54,258 bases of DNA from Nemertoderma westbladi (taxonomy: Eukaryota; Animalia; Xenacoelomorpha), in NCBI GenBank assembly GCA_032718475.1, contig JAUCBJ010008687.1:1-54258 (forward strand), read 5' to 3'. A program made the position numbers and the translations under genes. The notes below the pieces were generated by a model. That model was given only the letters and a program-made list of their open reading frames with translations. It was not told the DNA's origin and did no database searches. Shown in pieces: positions 1 through 11,537 of the stretch (positions are counted from its first letter, which is position 1; every line of letters begins with the position of its first letter).

Positions 1-504
1 TTATTTTTGACGTCAAAATTGGATTTAGGGCTTTTAGGTTCTTAAGCGACGAAATATAGGTAGGCCTACGTCACATTATTAAAATGTTTTAATAAACTCT
101 GTTTACTTGATATATATATTATATATATATATATTTGACATATTTTATCATTTTTCCTGAAATGAGGACCATAAAGATTTATTATGATTGGTTATATTTT
201 CAAATAAGTTTTATTGGGAGGTGTAACTGACAAAGAAGCAAATAGAGACTAGAGTGTACATATTATTAAGATATGTGAGGAAATGGAATGGCGAGCCGAA
301 TAAGAATACATTTTACACAATTTCGCTTATGACACTTGTCCTGTATATTTCCATTCCAAGAAATTTTCTAAAAAAACAGTTGCTCTAGAAAATCATCCAT
401 AACCGAATTTTGAAAATCTTCCATTACCTAAAGCATATTCATCCTAGTTTGATAAAGAAACCCTTAGTCCGACAAGTTTATCATCCATTTTACCAATAAT
501 ATTT

Positions 505-2707
505 AATAATAATAATAATAATAAAATTTAATCATTTGTATAGCGCCAACATTACCGATAGTATTCTATGGCGCTAATCAGAGTTAGGTTAGTCAATTTA
601 AATAAAAAGAAAACCGCGTAGAGTACATAATTAAGAAAAGTAAAAACAAAGATTTTTAAAAACGATCGGCTAAAAATGAGTCTATTTTATAGGTGGGTGG
701 GTAAACAGGTGAGTCTTTAGTTTTCCTTTGAATGATGCCGTAGACTGGATATCACGTAGCGAAGCCGGTAGTTTGTTCCACAGCCGGGGCGCGCATACCT
801 CGAACGCCAGCCACCCGAGAGTGTAGCACTGGAACCGTGGTTCGACGAGACTTACTGTGCTACAACTTCTAGTTTGGAGGCGATCGCGACTAACTTTATG
901 GAGCATTTCGATTATATATTTGGGAGCGTGGCCGACCAAGGCCTTGTGCGTCATCAGCAGTATTTTAAATTCTACACGTTTGCGCCCAGGCAGCCAGTGG
1001 AGGGACTTCAACGTCGGCGATATATGGTCGTATTTGTGTACACCTGTAAGCAACCTAGCAGCTGTGTTTTGTACACGTTGGAGTTTATGTAATTGGTAGC
1101 TTGGGACTCCATAGAGAAGGGCGTTACAGTAGTCTATGCGGCTAGTCACGAGAGCATGTATAATTGTTTCTGCGGCCTTAGTGTCGAGATATTTCCGAAT
1201 TGAGCGAATGTTGTGCAGGTAGTAGTATGCGGCACTGCATGTTTTAGATATAAATTTATTCATTCTCATCTCGGAGTCGAACCAGGCTCCAAGGTTTCTG
1301 ACCGATTTAACCGGTTCGATATCAAAGTTTCCAACGCGAATTGAGATTGAGGACAGCTTACTCAATTGAGATTTCGATCCGAGCAAGATAAATTCAGTCT
1401 TGTCGTCGTTTAGCTTGAGCCGATGTTTTAATAACCAGCTGCGCATCTCCGCGATGCAGGCTTCCATGGACTCTATGGCTGCTCTTTCGTTAGACGATGT
1501 TAATGGTTGCAAGGAGCAGTAGACCTGATGGTCATCAGCATAACCGTGGCCAGCCAATGGTAAATGGTGCTCTATTACATCCAAGAGGCCAGCACTGTAG
1601 TTGGGGAAAAGTGTGCATGATAGACATGATCCTTGAGGGAAACCATATTCCAGTAGCTGATCGTCGGATGTGGCCCCTAACGTGGCTACTCGTTGGACTC
1701 GGCCAGATAGGAAGGACCGGAACCATTTGAGACAGGTGCCGCAGAAGATATGAAGGCGATTTCCAAGGACGTTCATCAGTCGAGTGTGATCTACATTATC
1801 GAAAGCGGCGCTGAGGTCAAGTAACACAAGTCAAGTTATTTGTTTGTTATCCATGTTTCGGAGAATATCGGATTGGACTTTGATGAGGGCCGTTTCGGTA
1901 CTATGATGTTTCCTATACGCCGATTGAAATATTGGCAATTGGTAATAGGTGTCAATGTGTGGCTGAACTTGAGCTATTACTGCCCTCTCAGTTATCTTTG
2001 AGATAAAAGCTATGCCACTAACTTGGCGAAAGTTCTTGTTTTTAACAGTTTTAATTGCATCTGTTGACCGATCTGAGGAAGGTTTTTTAGGTATTGGTGC
2101 AATTGTCCCAATTTTCCACAGTGGCGGGACCACTCCAGTCTCCAGTGATTGATTGACCATGGTAGTAATAGGCCGAATGAGAACCGGTAGACAAGACTTC
2201 AATACCTGCGTCGGTAGGGGATCCTGTGGACATTGTTTATTCGGTGCAGTATTGACCAGTTTCGTAACTTCTTCTGCAGACAGAGTGTTTTGCTTAGATA
2301 ATGATTTTATTACATTAAATAGCTTCTTTTGGTCACCTGAGCATGCGCCGATTAATCCACGATAGTATTCCTGGCGATCAGTTGTTAGTTTTTTTTGAGT
2401 ATATGTTTCGAATTTCTTTAAACTTAACTTTATCTTCTATTTTACCAGTTTTACACCACCTTTTTTCTGCTTTACGACGCTGTTGTTTTAGGCGGCGCGC
2501 CTCATGGCTGAACCACTTGTTCCCATCTCGTAGTCTAGTTGCTTTCGATTTTAAAGGGGCGTGTTTATCAATCAGTTTCGAAATTGTAAAATTATAAAGT
2601 TCGGATTTATTTACAATTGATAGATCGTCGAAACTAGGCTGACATAGTACCGATGTTGTTATATCGTGTTTGACATTGTTCAAGTTATTTTTTCCGATAT
2701 TGAACAT
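505..2707 (-). mobile_element. 5'-truncated, decayed L2-clade LINE
   Basis: Minus-strand ORF2 pieces at 2378-2707, 1831-2202 and 682-1827. 3' stem-loop TAGCGCCA(541-548)/TGGCGCTA(569-576). (TTA)n tail at ~505-523. Confidence 0.88.
682..2707 (-). pseudogene. LINE ORF2 reverse transcriptase, broken by stops/frameshifts
   Basis: Motifs QSAYRKHHSTETAL, LLDLSAAFD, GFPQGS, YADD, KLNDDKTE, SRIDYCN, LQRVQNTAARL, SLHWLP, FKGKLKT, typical of L2-group RT and C-terminus. Confidence 0.88.
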
Positions 2708-2889
2708 TGGTTCAACTATACCAACAACTATTCTGGGAATTTTGATCCCTCTGACACATCAAACTACTTACAACAGGCTGCAGATGATGAAGAAAGCTTA
2801 CTAGCAGGAGATAGCTCTCACAGTTTGAATCGTGGTATTCGTTCTAGGGGTGGAAGCAGCTCAGGACGTGGAACTGGACGGGGGTAAGT

Positions 2890-3380
2890 TTCAGTATATA
2901 AGTATTTATTTTGGGGGGAAATGTATTTATTTTGAGGAAAATATGTATATATTTTGGGGGAATATGAATTTATTTTGGGGGATAACGTATTTATTTTGGG
3001 GGATTATGTATTTATTTTGTGGGATTATGTATTTATTTTGGGGGAAAATGTATTTATTTTTGGAAAATTTGTATTTATTTTGGGGGTTTTGTCATTTATC
3101 TTGGGGTAATTTGTCTTTATTTAGGGAGTGTTGTCAGTTATTTTGGTGTGAATAATTGGTTTTGGGGAGCATTTATTTATTTTGGTGTTGAATAATTGTT
3201 TATGGTGTTGAATAATTGTTTTTGGTGTTGAATAATTGTTTTTGGTGTTTGAATAATTTTATTTGGGAGTGACTTTATTTTATTTGGTGTTGAATAATTT
3301 TGTTAGGGGTCACATTATTTAAATTGGCGTAATATAAATTTGTTGGTGAAATTTTCATAGATTTTTGGTATGACTTTAAT
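2890..3380. repeat. Degenerate ~20-21 bp tandem array (TATTTATTTTGGGG / TTGGTGTTGAATAATT), member of a dispersed family
   Basis: Visible periodicity; an inverted relative lies at 10460-10773. Confidence 0.75.
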
Positions 3381-4729
3381 TATTGGTATTGGTATTATTA
3401 TTACTGCACCTCGAGCAATATTCCAGCGATATGTAAAACGAGTACAGAGTAGACCTACACTACGAGGAGAGTAGTGAGTAGCTGAACACTTACGTGAATA
3501 ATACAGAATTAATGACTGACAGATACTGAATTGTCTTTATTGTCTGTAAACAAAAACAATACAATACCTACTATATTCGATTGATTTTTGCATTAGAAAA
3601 GGGACATAACTCCATTTTTTCATGATAAATAATGCTGCTTTTCCTAATATTACAAAATTTCATTGTTTTTGTGTTTATTGTGTAACTTTGCCCTGATTTG
3701 TCAATTTTTTAAAAGAATTCCCTGACCTTTCCAAGAAAAAATGACATTTCCTGACCAACCCCCTCATGTAGACTGTCATAGCATATTCGTTACCTGGGTT
3801 TGTACGGATATTTTAGAGAACAGCTGTTGTTTCCACATTTGATCAAATTTTCGGTCGGTGGTACAACAATGGATGGGGGGGGGGGGGGGGGGGTGGGGTT
3901 AGAGTGATTAGAGTTGTAGTGTCAAGAGTGAAAAAAAAGATCAAAAGTGATAATTTGTTAAAAGCAGTTTATTAAAAATAATATAAAAAATATTTTAATA
4001 TAGTGTTAGTAATTTAGTGATAAATTAATTAAAATTAGCGATTCAAGCTGTGTGGAATTCAGTATGAAAAAAATATAATATTTAAAAAATAATAGATAAA
4101 TAATCATCTCCAGCCTTGACATCCAACTAACTCTACGGTGGCTGATAAAAACATGCAAAGTAATAATTAGTGGTATTATATTAATTACTAACTAACTAAT
4201 GAGGTTGAGGTTTTTTTTTATTAAAGCTAATAAATACACAATAATTAAACGGTACCGGTATACAAATCATCATATACAAATCAATGATTAGATTCAAAGA
4301 TTATTGTTCAAAATCGGAATTATTATAAAATAAATAAAATATACATTAAATACAAACTGACAAAGACTGTTGAAAATAGTTACATACAATATGTGTATGC
4401 TTTGAGGATATCCTCATGAGGTTTAACCTCGTTTCCATGATTCAAAGTTAATATTTATAGCTTTGGTATCATAGTTTGTTGTTAAGTTAAGTACAAAAAT
4501 TAAAATTATTATGATATATTATAAAAATATTAGGTAGGAATTTTAGTTCATTTAAGAAAATAAAAAGGAAGGATAGTTATTGGTAGGACATTTATGTACA
4601 GTTGATTTAAAAATATTAAAAAAAGGAGTGTGGCGCATAATAATTGGTAGTCCGAAATAAAATAATGTTAAATATTTGTGAAATCTAAATAGATATTATC
4701 CGTACAACTCCTGATTAGTTTAGATGTTT

Positions 4730-6172
4730 TTACTTCTTGGTACAGCCGAGAACCGTTGCAAATGGATTCAGCAGCTCGATAACGAGTTCCACATCGGCAG
4801 TACGAAGTCCCAAAGCAACAACGAAACCGTCGACGCCATCGCGAATAATGATACCAATACCGTCGACGCCTCTTCTAACGGGAGCAAACCCTGAGTAGAC
4901 AGAGCGACCACTACCGAAATCTATAACGTGTTCGAATTGGGACCAGTTACTTATGGCGTAGGTTGACAGGGAGAGAACAGATCGAGCGAACGGGTTCACA
5001 AGCCAATCCTTCCTCTCCACGGACTGGAGATACGAGATCTGATTCCTAATGCGTTCCACGTCCATCTCCACCACGGAGTTCCTCACCAGTTCCGCGCATT
5101 CCAACACGATCTTGGATGCGTCCCTCGCCTCGTCTAGGATGACGTCACGTCGTACTGAGGACCACGCATACAACGACGAGTTCCCGAAGAACCCATCGGG
5201 GAGCGGTAGGTCCAGCCGTCCGGACCTCCGTACCGACACCGCGATGGTAAGAAACAAATCTTCCGGGAACTTCTCCCCGGCCCGGAAGCCTCTTGCCCGC
5301 GATACCGCCCACCACACAGCCCCGCAAATGACGTCATTGTTACTTAGCGACGATTTCGGGCCTCGCAGTTGGGCGATGGCAGAACGTGAGAAACGTAACC
5401 GAAGGGTTTCCATGGAGGGAGCGAGGAAAGATAGATTGGCGATGAGTTTACCACGTCGTCTGATTAACCAGGAGATTAAAGTGCGGATATAACTGGGAAA
5501 CTTGGAAGGAGAATATAGTAAGGAGGGGGAGGGAGATTCATTAGCCCTAAACGGAGGGAAAGCGAATTCCCCTATTGAGTTTATAGAGATGTCCTGGGGT
5601 GATTCGCCTCGACAGAAGGAGGCAAAATTCCGAGCGAGAGAGAAGAAAGTACTAGCGTCAGCGATGCAATGGTGCAGGGCCATGGTGAGTGCACAGCCTC
5701 CATCGGAGAGCGTCGTGTGCTGAACGACAAACACCGGTGACGGATGGAGTACGCCGGTCCAACTGTCTGGATACGCGTCGAATATCTCCGCTACGGGGAG
5801 CAGCGAGGGGGGTAGGTCATCGGGGGAGGTTGTCGTTGTAAAGGAGAGGGACTCAGCCGATATTAGGAGGGCAGTCTCTGTGAAGGGGGAGCCTCCGCGC
5901 GACCATCGGCCGTCTGGGTGTCTACGGTACTCCCTGGCCAATACGGCGGCGTATAGCGGGGTTGCTAGGAGACGCTGTAACCCCGATCGAAGGGATGAGA
6001 ATGTGGGAGCCCCTCGGGAGTCGAACACCCAGAGGAAGCTGATGTAGCAGGGCGGGACTGTGTGGTCCAGTACGGTTAGGAATGTGTCTGTGAGGGGTCC
6101 GTACACAGCCGTGGTAGACAATGCCTCCTCGGTCGGTAGTCGTATCCGTTCAAGTTCATAAACATCATTCAT
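4730..6172 (-). CDS. BAHD/transferase-family (CoA-dependent) acyltransferase, intronless, 480 aa
   Basis: Open ATG-TAA frame. Catalytic HxxxD (HHCIAD, 5657-5674), DFGWG-like DFGSG (4907-4921), AVSVRR..LDLPLPDGFFGNS and LSNNDVICGAVW motifs with BAHD-like spacing and length. Confidence 0.85.
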   Translation of the reverse strand: MNDVYELERIRLPTEEALSTTAVYGPLTDTFLTVLDHTVPPCYISFLWVFDSRGAPTFSSLRSGLQRLLATPLYAAVLAREYRRHPDGRWSRGGSPFTETALLISAESLSFTTTTSPDDLPPSLLPVAEIFDAYPDSWTGVLHPSPVFVVQHTTLSDGGCALTMALHHCIADASTFFSLARNFASFCRGESPQDISINSIGEFAFPPFRANESPSPSLLYSPSKFPSYIRTLISWLIRRRGKLIANLSFLAPSMETLRLRFSRSAIAQLRGPKSSLSNNDVICGAVWWAVSRARGFRAGEKFPEDLFLTIAVSVRRSGRLDLPLPDGFFGNSSLYAWSSVRRDVILDEARDASKIVLECAELVRNSVVEMDVERIRNQISYLQSVERKDWLVNPFARSVLSLSTYAISNWSQFEHVIDFGSGRSVYSGFAPVRRGVDGIGIIIRDGVDGFVVALGLRTADVELVIELLNPFATVLGCTKK

Positions 6173-7322
6173 TGTAATTCTGTAATTTGTAACCGTCGTG
6201 GGTAAGGCTGTAAGGTGGCCTTGATGGGTAAACTTCTTATATTAGTAGAGCAGGATCAGTTAGCCTATGGTTTTCTGTGACAGATTTAATTAAGTTCTGG
6301 CCCTGTCTTCACTACCGAAACTTAAGTATGCCCGTATGTAGCCAAAAAGGTTACTGTATGTTTACCATTTTTTTTAATCTTGTATTTCAAACTTGAACTT
6401 ATAAAAGTATTGCAGTATTGACATTCAGTTGTTTAATTTTGTTAGGCGTACATCAGCACATTAAATAATTAGAGGATAAGTAATGCTTTAACGGTAAACT
6501 ATGAATTTAAGTTTAGGAGGATAGAAAGTTCCTTCAGAATGAATTTTCGTCAATATTTTGAAATTGCCGTCACAATCTAACACTCACTGATTTACAGTGT
6601 AGCCAATTAAAAGTAAATATTCTAATTTGATTGCACAACTGACAACATACTCGGCGTTACCAACTTAGAAGTTAAATATTAATAAAACAGAACGATCAAT
6701 TTTTCGCATTATTTGATTGTTGTTAAATTCAAAAGCAAGATATAATTAGAGATAGATAGGGCGAGGTAATAACTTTTGCTATTATTAAGATAAATATTGT
6801 TCTTATGGGAAAATGACGAAAAATCGAAGAGCGGACAGTGTTATTCACATGGAAGGCAAAATAGCTTTATTGATAACTTTTGGAGAAATAATTATACAAA
6901 AAAATTTAAATATTGTAAATCCGACAGCATCCCCATCCCCACCCCCTCCATGTTGTATAAAACAGGCTAGGAGGAAACTTGATGCAAATCACGTCTATTT
7001 TCCCATGGGGAGGGATGAATTTTGATAGAGTAGAAGCAGCTAATTAATGTATAAAATTGTATCTGACTGTGAAGAAAACAAAATAAACTTTAATTATTGT
7101 CATTCATTACCTATTTGCTATTTATTGCAATGTATAAAATTGAGTACCATAAACCTGACTTAAAAGAAAACAGAATAAACTGTAATTATTATAATTACCT
7201 ATATTTATTACGATGTATAAAAATGAGTACCGGTACCGCATACTTCTAACTTATGTCTAACTTATGTTCAGAAAGTACAGTGCAATGCCTCTCGAATACG
7301 GGTGTGATTCCCTGATTAAACG

Positions 7323-7910
7323 TCAATTCTTTAAAAATGAAGGATCGTTTTGCAATTTATTCAGAACCAATTCGTACCACTTTTGAACCTCTTTTAAAGG
7401 CACAAATAACTCCGATGGTTGTGGGGTCATTTGGCTTTGTGTTATTGCGAAGGAGGCGATATAATTAAACAGCTGATTGGCTAATTTCTGGGGCAAGTCT
7501 ATATTCATTGTTGTGTTAGCTGCATTCGGAGTTAATTGCGAGATTTCAGCATCCGATTTTATTTGTATTCCCAGTTGAGTCGGCGTAGTGGAAGTGAAAG
7601 CGTCGCCGAAACCGTGAGGTGTAGCCACAGCGCGGGATTGTAAGGAATCCAGTCCGGACAGTTTAAACACGGCGCTGGGTTTCGCGTTGCTAAGGAACCC
7701 GAGATACAGCCATGCCTGTTGGCCGTCGTTCCTAGGGAAACCGAAGTAAACGGCCCCTGCGAAACCGGTCGGAAAAGGGACCGCGCCGGTGAGGAAGACT
7801 ACGAGATGGTGGATAGAAGTGGCGTCCGTCACGGTAGTGAGGAAGCTGGTTTCGTCGATTTGTTGGAAATCGGTTTGAACTAGACGCCCTGATGCTACAC
7901 AGGCGAACAT
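7323..7910 (-). CDS. HIKESHI: Protein Hikeshi / OPI10 homolog (Hsp70 nuclear import carrier), intronless, 195 aa
   Basis: MFACVASGRLVQTDF...IHHLVVFLTGAVPFPTGFAGAVYF...W.YLGFLSNAKPSAVFKLSGL...FNYIASFA.TQSQMTPQPSE.FVP...VQKWY...DPSF matches Hikeshi as I recall it. The true start is the ATG at 7910. Confidence 0.95.
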   Translation of the reverse strand: MFACVASGRLVQTDFQQIDETSFLTTVTDATSIHHLVVFLTGAVPFPTGFAGAVYFGFPRNDGQQAWLYLGFLSNAKPSAVFKLSGLDSLQSRAVATPHGFGDAFTSTTPTQLGIQIKSDAEISQLTPNAANTTMNIDLPQKLANQLFNYIASFAITQSQMTPQPSELFVPLKEVQKWYELVLNKLQNDPSFLKN

Positions 7911-8047
7911 TGCACGGTAGGGCCTAATGTTATAAGCAAAATAACTTAGAAAGTGGCAAAGACTGACAAGAACTGCTGAACTGAAAATATCCGAATTTAT
8001 GCCACCTACCAAGACAATACCAGCCTACCGATGTATGGCTATTCCGA

Positions 8048-8471
8048 GGTAATGTAGCGTTAGGTCTAAATCGGTATACCTTAGGTCCCGTAGCTTTAGG
8101 TCCTGGCGCGTTAGGTCCTGTAGCATTAGGTCCTGTAGCTTTAGGTCCTGGCGCATTAGCTCATGTAACATTAGGCAGGTCCTATCTGCCTATAGCATAT
8201 ACTGATATATCTGACTGTTGATTATTCTCTATTAATCTATTCTACAATATCCCTGACTCTCGTTTATTGTTTTGGTTCCTTTCAAGTTCAACTCGCCTCT
8301 GTGCTCTGTAACCTGTTCCTTCACTAACCTGCCTGGTTTTGGAGGCAGACTGGACCTACTGACCTAATGGCACGGCCCTAACGCTTCCAGGACCTAACAC
8401 CACGGAATTAATGCTACCAGGACCTAACGCTACCAAGGACCTATAGCGCCAGGACCTAACGCACCATAATC
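8048..8471. mobile_element. MULE/foldback-type MITE
   Basis: 9-bp TSD CTATTCCGA (8039-8047, 8472-8480). Imperfect G...C-ended TIRs built from tandem TTAGGTCC / GGACCTAA subrepeats. Confidence 0.75.
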
Positions 8472-8918
8472 CTATTCCGACAGTAAACAAAACATGGACT
8501 CAGACCAGCAGAAAATCGATCGTAATATCATTCAATCGCTGGATGAACTTGTAAGCCATGTGAATGACTTCTGCAACCTCGCCTTAGATTGGAACATGGG
8601 ATAGGACGTATCGTGAAGATCTCATCGAGTCCCAGAAATTGCAAAAGGCCACCTACTCTACTTTCCCTTTCTGCCTTTGTTATTTTTACCTTAGGCCTAT
8701 GCCTATGACATAAGCTATGCGGCGGTGTTATATAACGTCTTGCAAAGACCCAGCACCACCCCACGGAGATACCGCCTGAAGCTTGCTGGGCACTGTTGCC
8801 GCGGGCGGTACACAACCTTGTGTTATTGCAGCCTGATGGTGTGGTGAGAATATGTAGACGTGGGACGTGGTATTCAGCCTATAACTTTCTTCAGAGGCCT
8901 GCTCAGGAACACTGGAAT

Positions 8919-8949
<31 letters not shown>

Positions 8950-9796
8950 TTGCGATCTGGTGGACCTTGCTGGGTCTGCCGCTGCCGTCACTGAATCTTG
9001 TGCAAGCCGTTTATCATATCATCATATTAACAAGAAAAATTTACCGAGGCTCCTGTTCTCAATTAAATATCTACCAATTTTCAGGCTAAAAATGTTCATA
9101 AACTGTTTTAATTTATAAATGAATATGATAGGGTGGAATTTGTATTAACACTAAAAACGTTGGCAACACTGACCACAGCAAAAAACAATAGACCCGAGTC
9201 AGAAATTGCCAGATAATGAGCTACAGTAGGCCTACTGTATCTTTGTCACAGCAGTAATATTATTTTATACAGTACACTTCCAGTACATATTCAAAGAGGT
9301 CTAGATACTTAAACTTTAAACGAATGTTCCAAGAAACACTCAATGGAGGTCAACTGCTTAAATGACCAAGGTGCCCATGTTCAGGAAAGCTGGCTGATTA
9401 CGTTATCCGATAAACGTCTAGGGCCCTAGGGTGAGAGTGAGGGAGACTTGAACCCCAAAAGTTATAATCGTTCTAAAGAACAGTAGGCGCGGATACACAA
9501 TAGGGGCGCGCGGCACCGCGCACCATCGATTTTTTGAGAAAGAAAATAAAATGAGTAATTGAGTAAATGAGTAATTTTTTTTTAGATTTACTATTGATGG
9601 CTACGTTAAAACATACAAGGGCAGTCATCTAACCCCAAGCGAAATCCACATTTAATTAACCACAAAACTTCCATCTCCATACCCCCTAAGATAAAATCGC
9701 TGTAAAACTTCCACAGGGCGCGCTCCATATAGGCGGGAGGGGGGTATCACCTTGGCATAATAGATCAGCGCAGTAGGGTATGGGTGTAAACGTTAA

Positions 9797-10086
9797 GCAG
9801 ACACTGGTGCAGACACGTGGTGCAGACACTGGTGCAGACAGTGATGCAGACACTGGTGCAGACACTGGTGTAGACAGTGGTGCAGACACTGGTGCAGACA
9901 GTGGCGAAGACACTGGTGCAGACACTGGTGCAGACAGTGGTGCATACAGTGGTGCAGACACTGGTGCAGACACTGGTGCAGACAGTGGTGCAGACTCTGG
10001 TGCAGACACTGGTGCAGACAATGGTGCAGACAGTGGTGCAGACACTGGTGCAGACAGTAGTGCAGACACTGGTGCAGACACCTGGT
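9797..10086. repeat. 12-bp minisatellite (GGTGCAGACACT/GGTGCAGACAGT), ~24 units
   Basis: Directly visible; explains four spurious low-complexity ORFs. Confidence 0.95.
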
Positions 10087-10459
10087 GAAAATACTGAAAT
10101 ACCAGAGTACTCCAAAACAAAATATCAGCAGGCACTATTACAGTATATTATATTTTATCATAGATTTTATTATCTACAAATATGCGAGTAACTACTGAAA
10201 GGTTCTACATGAAGTAGGGAGGGAGTATGTAGTACAAGTCGGGGTGCGTGGGGGTGAATGTGCCCTGATTACAAATAATTATAAGTGGTGTGTACAAAAG
10301 TAATTAATCGGTATTCTCGTTTTCATATAAACAATAATGTACAGTATACAAACTGTGAGCAGCATGTAGCAATGTCTCCAAGGAATGGAGCTTAAGCGAC
10401 AGTGTTTGATTTTTTGTACATGACCTACTTTATGCAGAGTATGTTTACTTTTGGCTACC

Positions 10460-10773
10460 GATTAAAGTCATCCCAAAATTGATGAAAATTTCACCAAATA
10501 AAATTATTCAAACACCAAAACAAATTTTTCAACACCAAAAAGAATTATTCAACACCAAAACAAATTATTCAATACCAAAATAAATAAATGCTCTCCAAAA
10601 CCAATTATTAGCACCAAAATATATGACAAAACCCCCAAAATAATTACAAATTTTCCCAGAACAAATATATTTTCGCCCAAAACAAATACATTTTCGCCCA
10701 AAATAAATACATTTTCCCCCAAAACAAATACATTTTTGCCCAAAATAAATACATATTCCCCCCAAATAAATAC
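10460..10773. repeat. Inverted relative of the 2890-3380 array
   Basis: ATTAAAGTCATCCCAAAATTGATGAAAATTTCACCAA is approximately the reverse complement of 3343-3380, and is followed by CCAAAATAAATACA units. Confidence 0.75.
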
Positions 10774-10824
10774 TACTGCAGCAATAAGCCTAGCACTTCC
10801 TGGAATTTAAGTAAAAACTTCGAG

Positions 10825-10905
10825 ACAGGGGGGAATCTGAACGCAAAACCCGCCTTGGCGAATTAATATCCCGCCTCAATGTTAAATTCTCAATATATTA
10901 ATTTC
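10825..10905 (+). repeat. Fragment of a dispersed repeat also present at ~54055-54125
   Basis: GGGGAATCTGAACGCAAAACCCGCCTTGGCGAATTAATATCCCGCCTCAAT vs GGGGAGAAAAATGGACGCAAATCCCATCTCGGCGAATTAATATCTTGTCTCAAT. Confidence 0.6.
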
Positions 10906-11537
10906 TCAATTTAGAGAATTTACTCGCCATTTACATGGCTATGTTAGTTTTCGTGCGGTGGTCCCTTTCTGGCACCAATCTCCAGTATTTTTTGTGGTAA
11001 AATTTTCATAAGTTATTATCGTTCACTAAAATTTATTTATTTGCGGTTTATAGCGGTTTTTTTGGGTGCAGGGGTGATATGCACCAATTTAGAATAGAAT
11101 GGGTCTAATTAGTTCACTATTTTAGTGTAGACTCAGTCTAGAGTTAGATCAGTCTAATTCATATATGCACCAACATTTTCCAGTCTATTCTATTCCTAGT
11201 TCAGTCTAATTAGTTAGATTAGACTGGAAGAACCAATACAATGATTAGCTCCATGCTCCAATGATTAGTATCAAATCTAATCATTGGCCATCAGATTTAT
11301 CATTGGCTGCCTGTCTACACTACTGTATATAAATGTTACATTAATTTTTAATACTACTCTGCTGGTATTGTGTTGTGTGGTGCTGGTTACTTACATTGTG
11401 GGATGTTTCCTGTTGTTATATGGATACCGAATACCGGTATCGGTAATAATTGTTTGTTAATGATAGGTACAGTAGCGTTAACGCTTAACTTAAATAGGCC
11501 TTAAAGCATTAATAAAGCATTCCCAACTGGGTGTAAG

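Noticed and set aside
5049-5723. Overlapping ORFs within the acyltransferase
   Set aside because: Shadow frames of a GC-rich CDS.
7911-8012. 34-aa N-terminal extension of Hikeshi in the ORF track
   Set aside because: Starts at a non-ATG codon; family homology begins at MFAC (7910).
8481-9000. Divergent gene starting AAACATGG at 8494 with a possible 8551-8694 intron
   Set aside because: The spliced product is short and unrecognisable, and all frames close quickly.
9686-10191. SAPV/GADT/VQTL/VCTS repeat proteins
   Set aside because: Translations of a 12-bp minisatellite open in several frames, with no unique domain.
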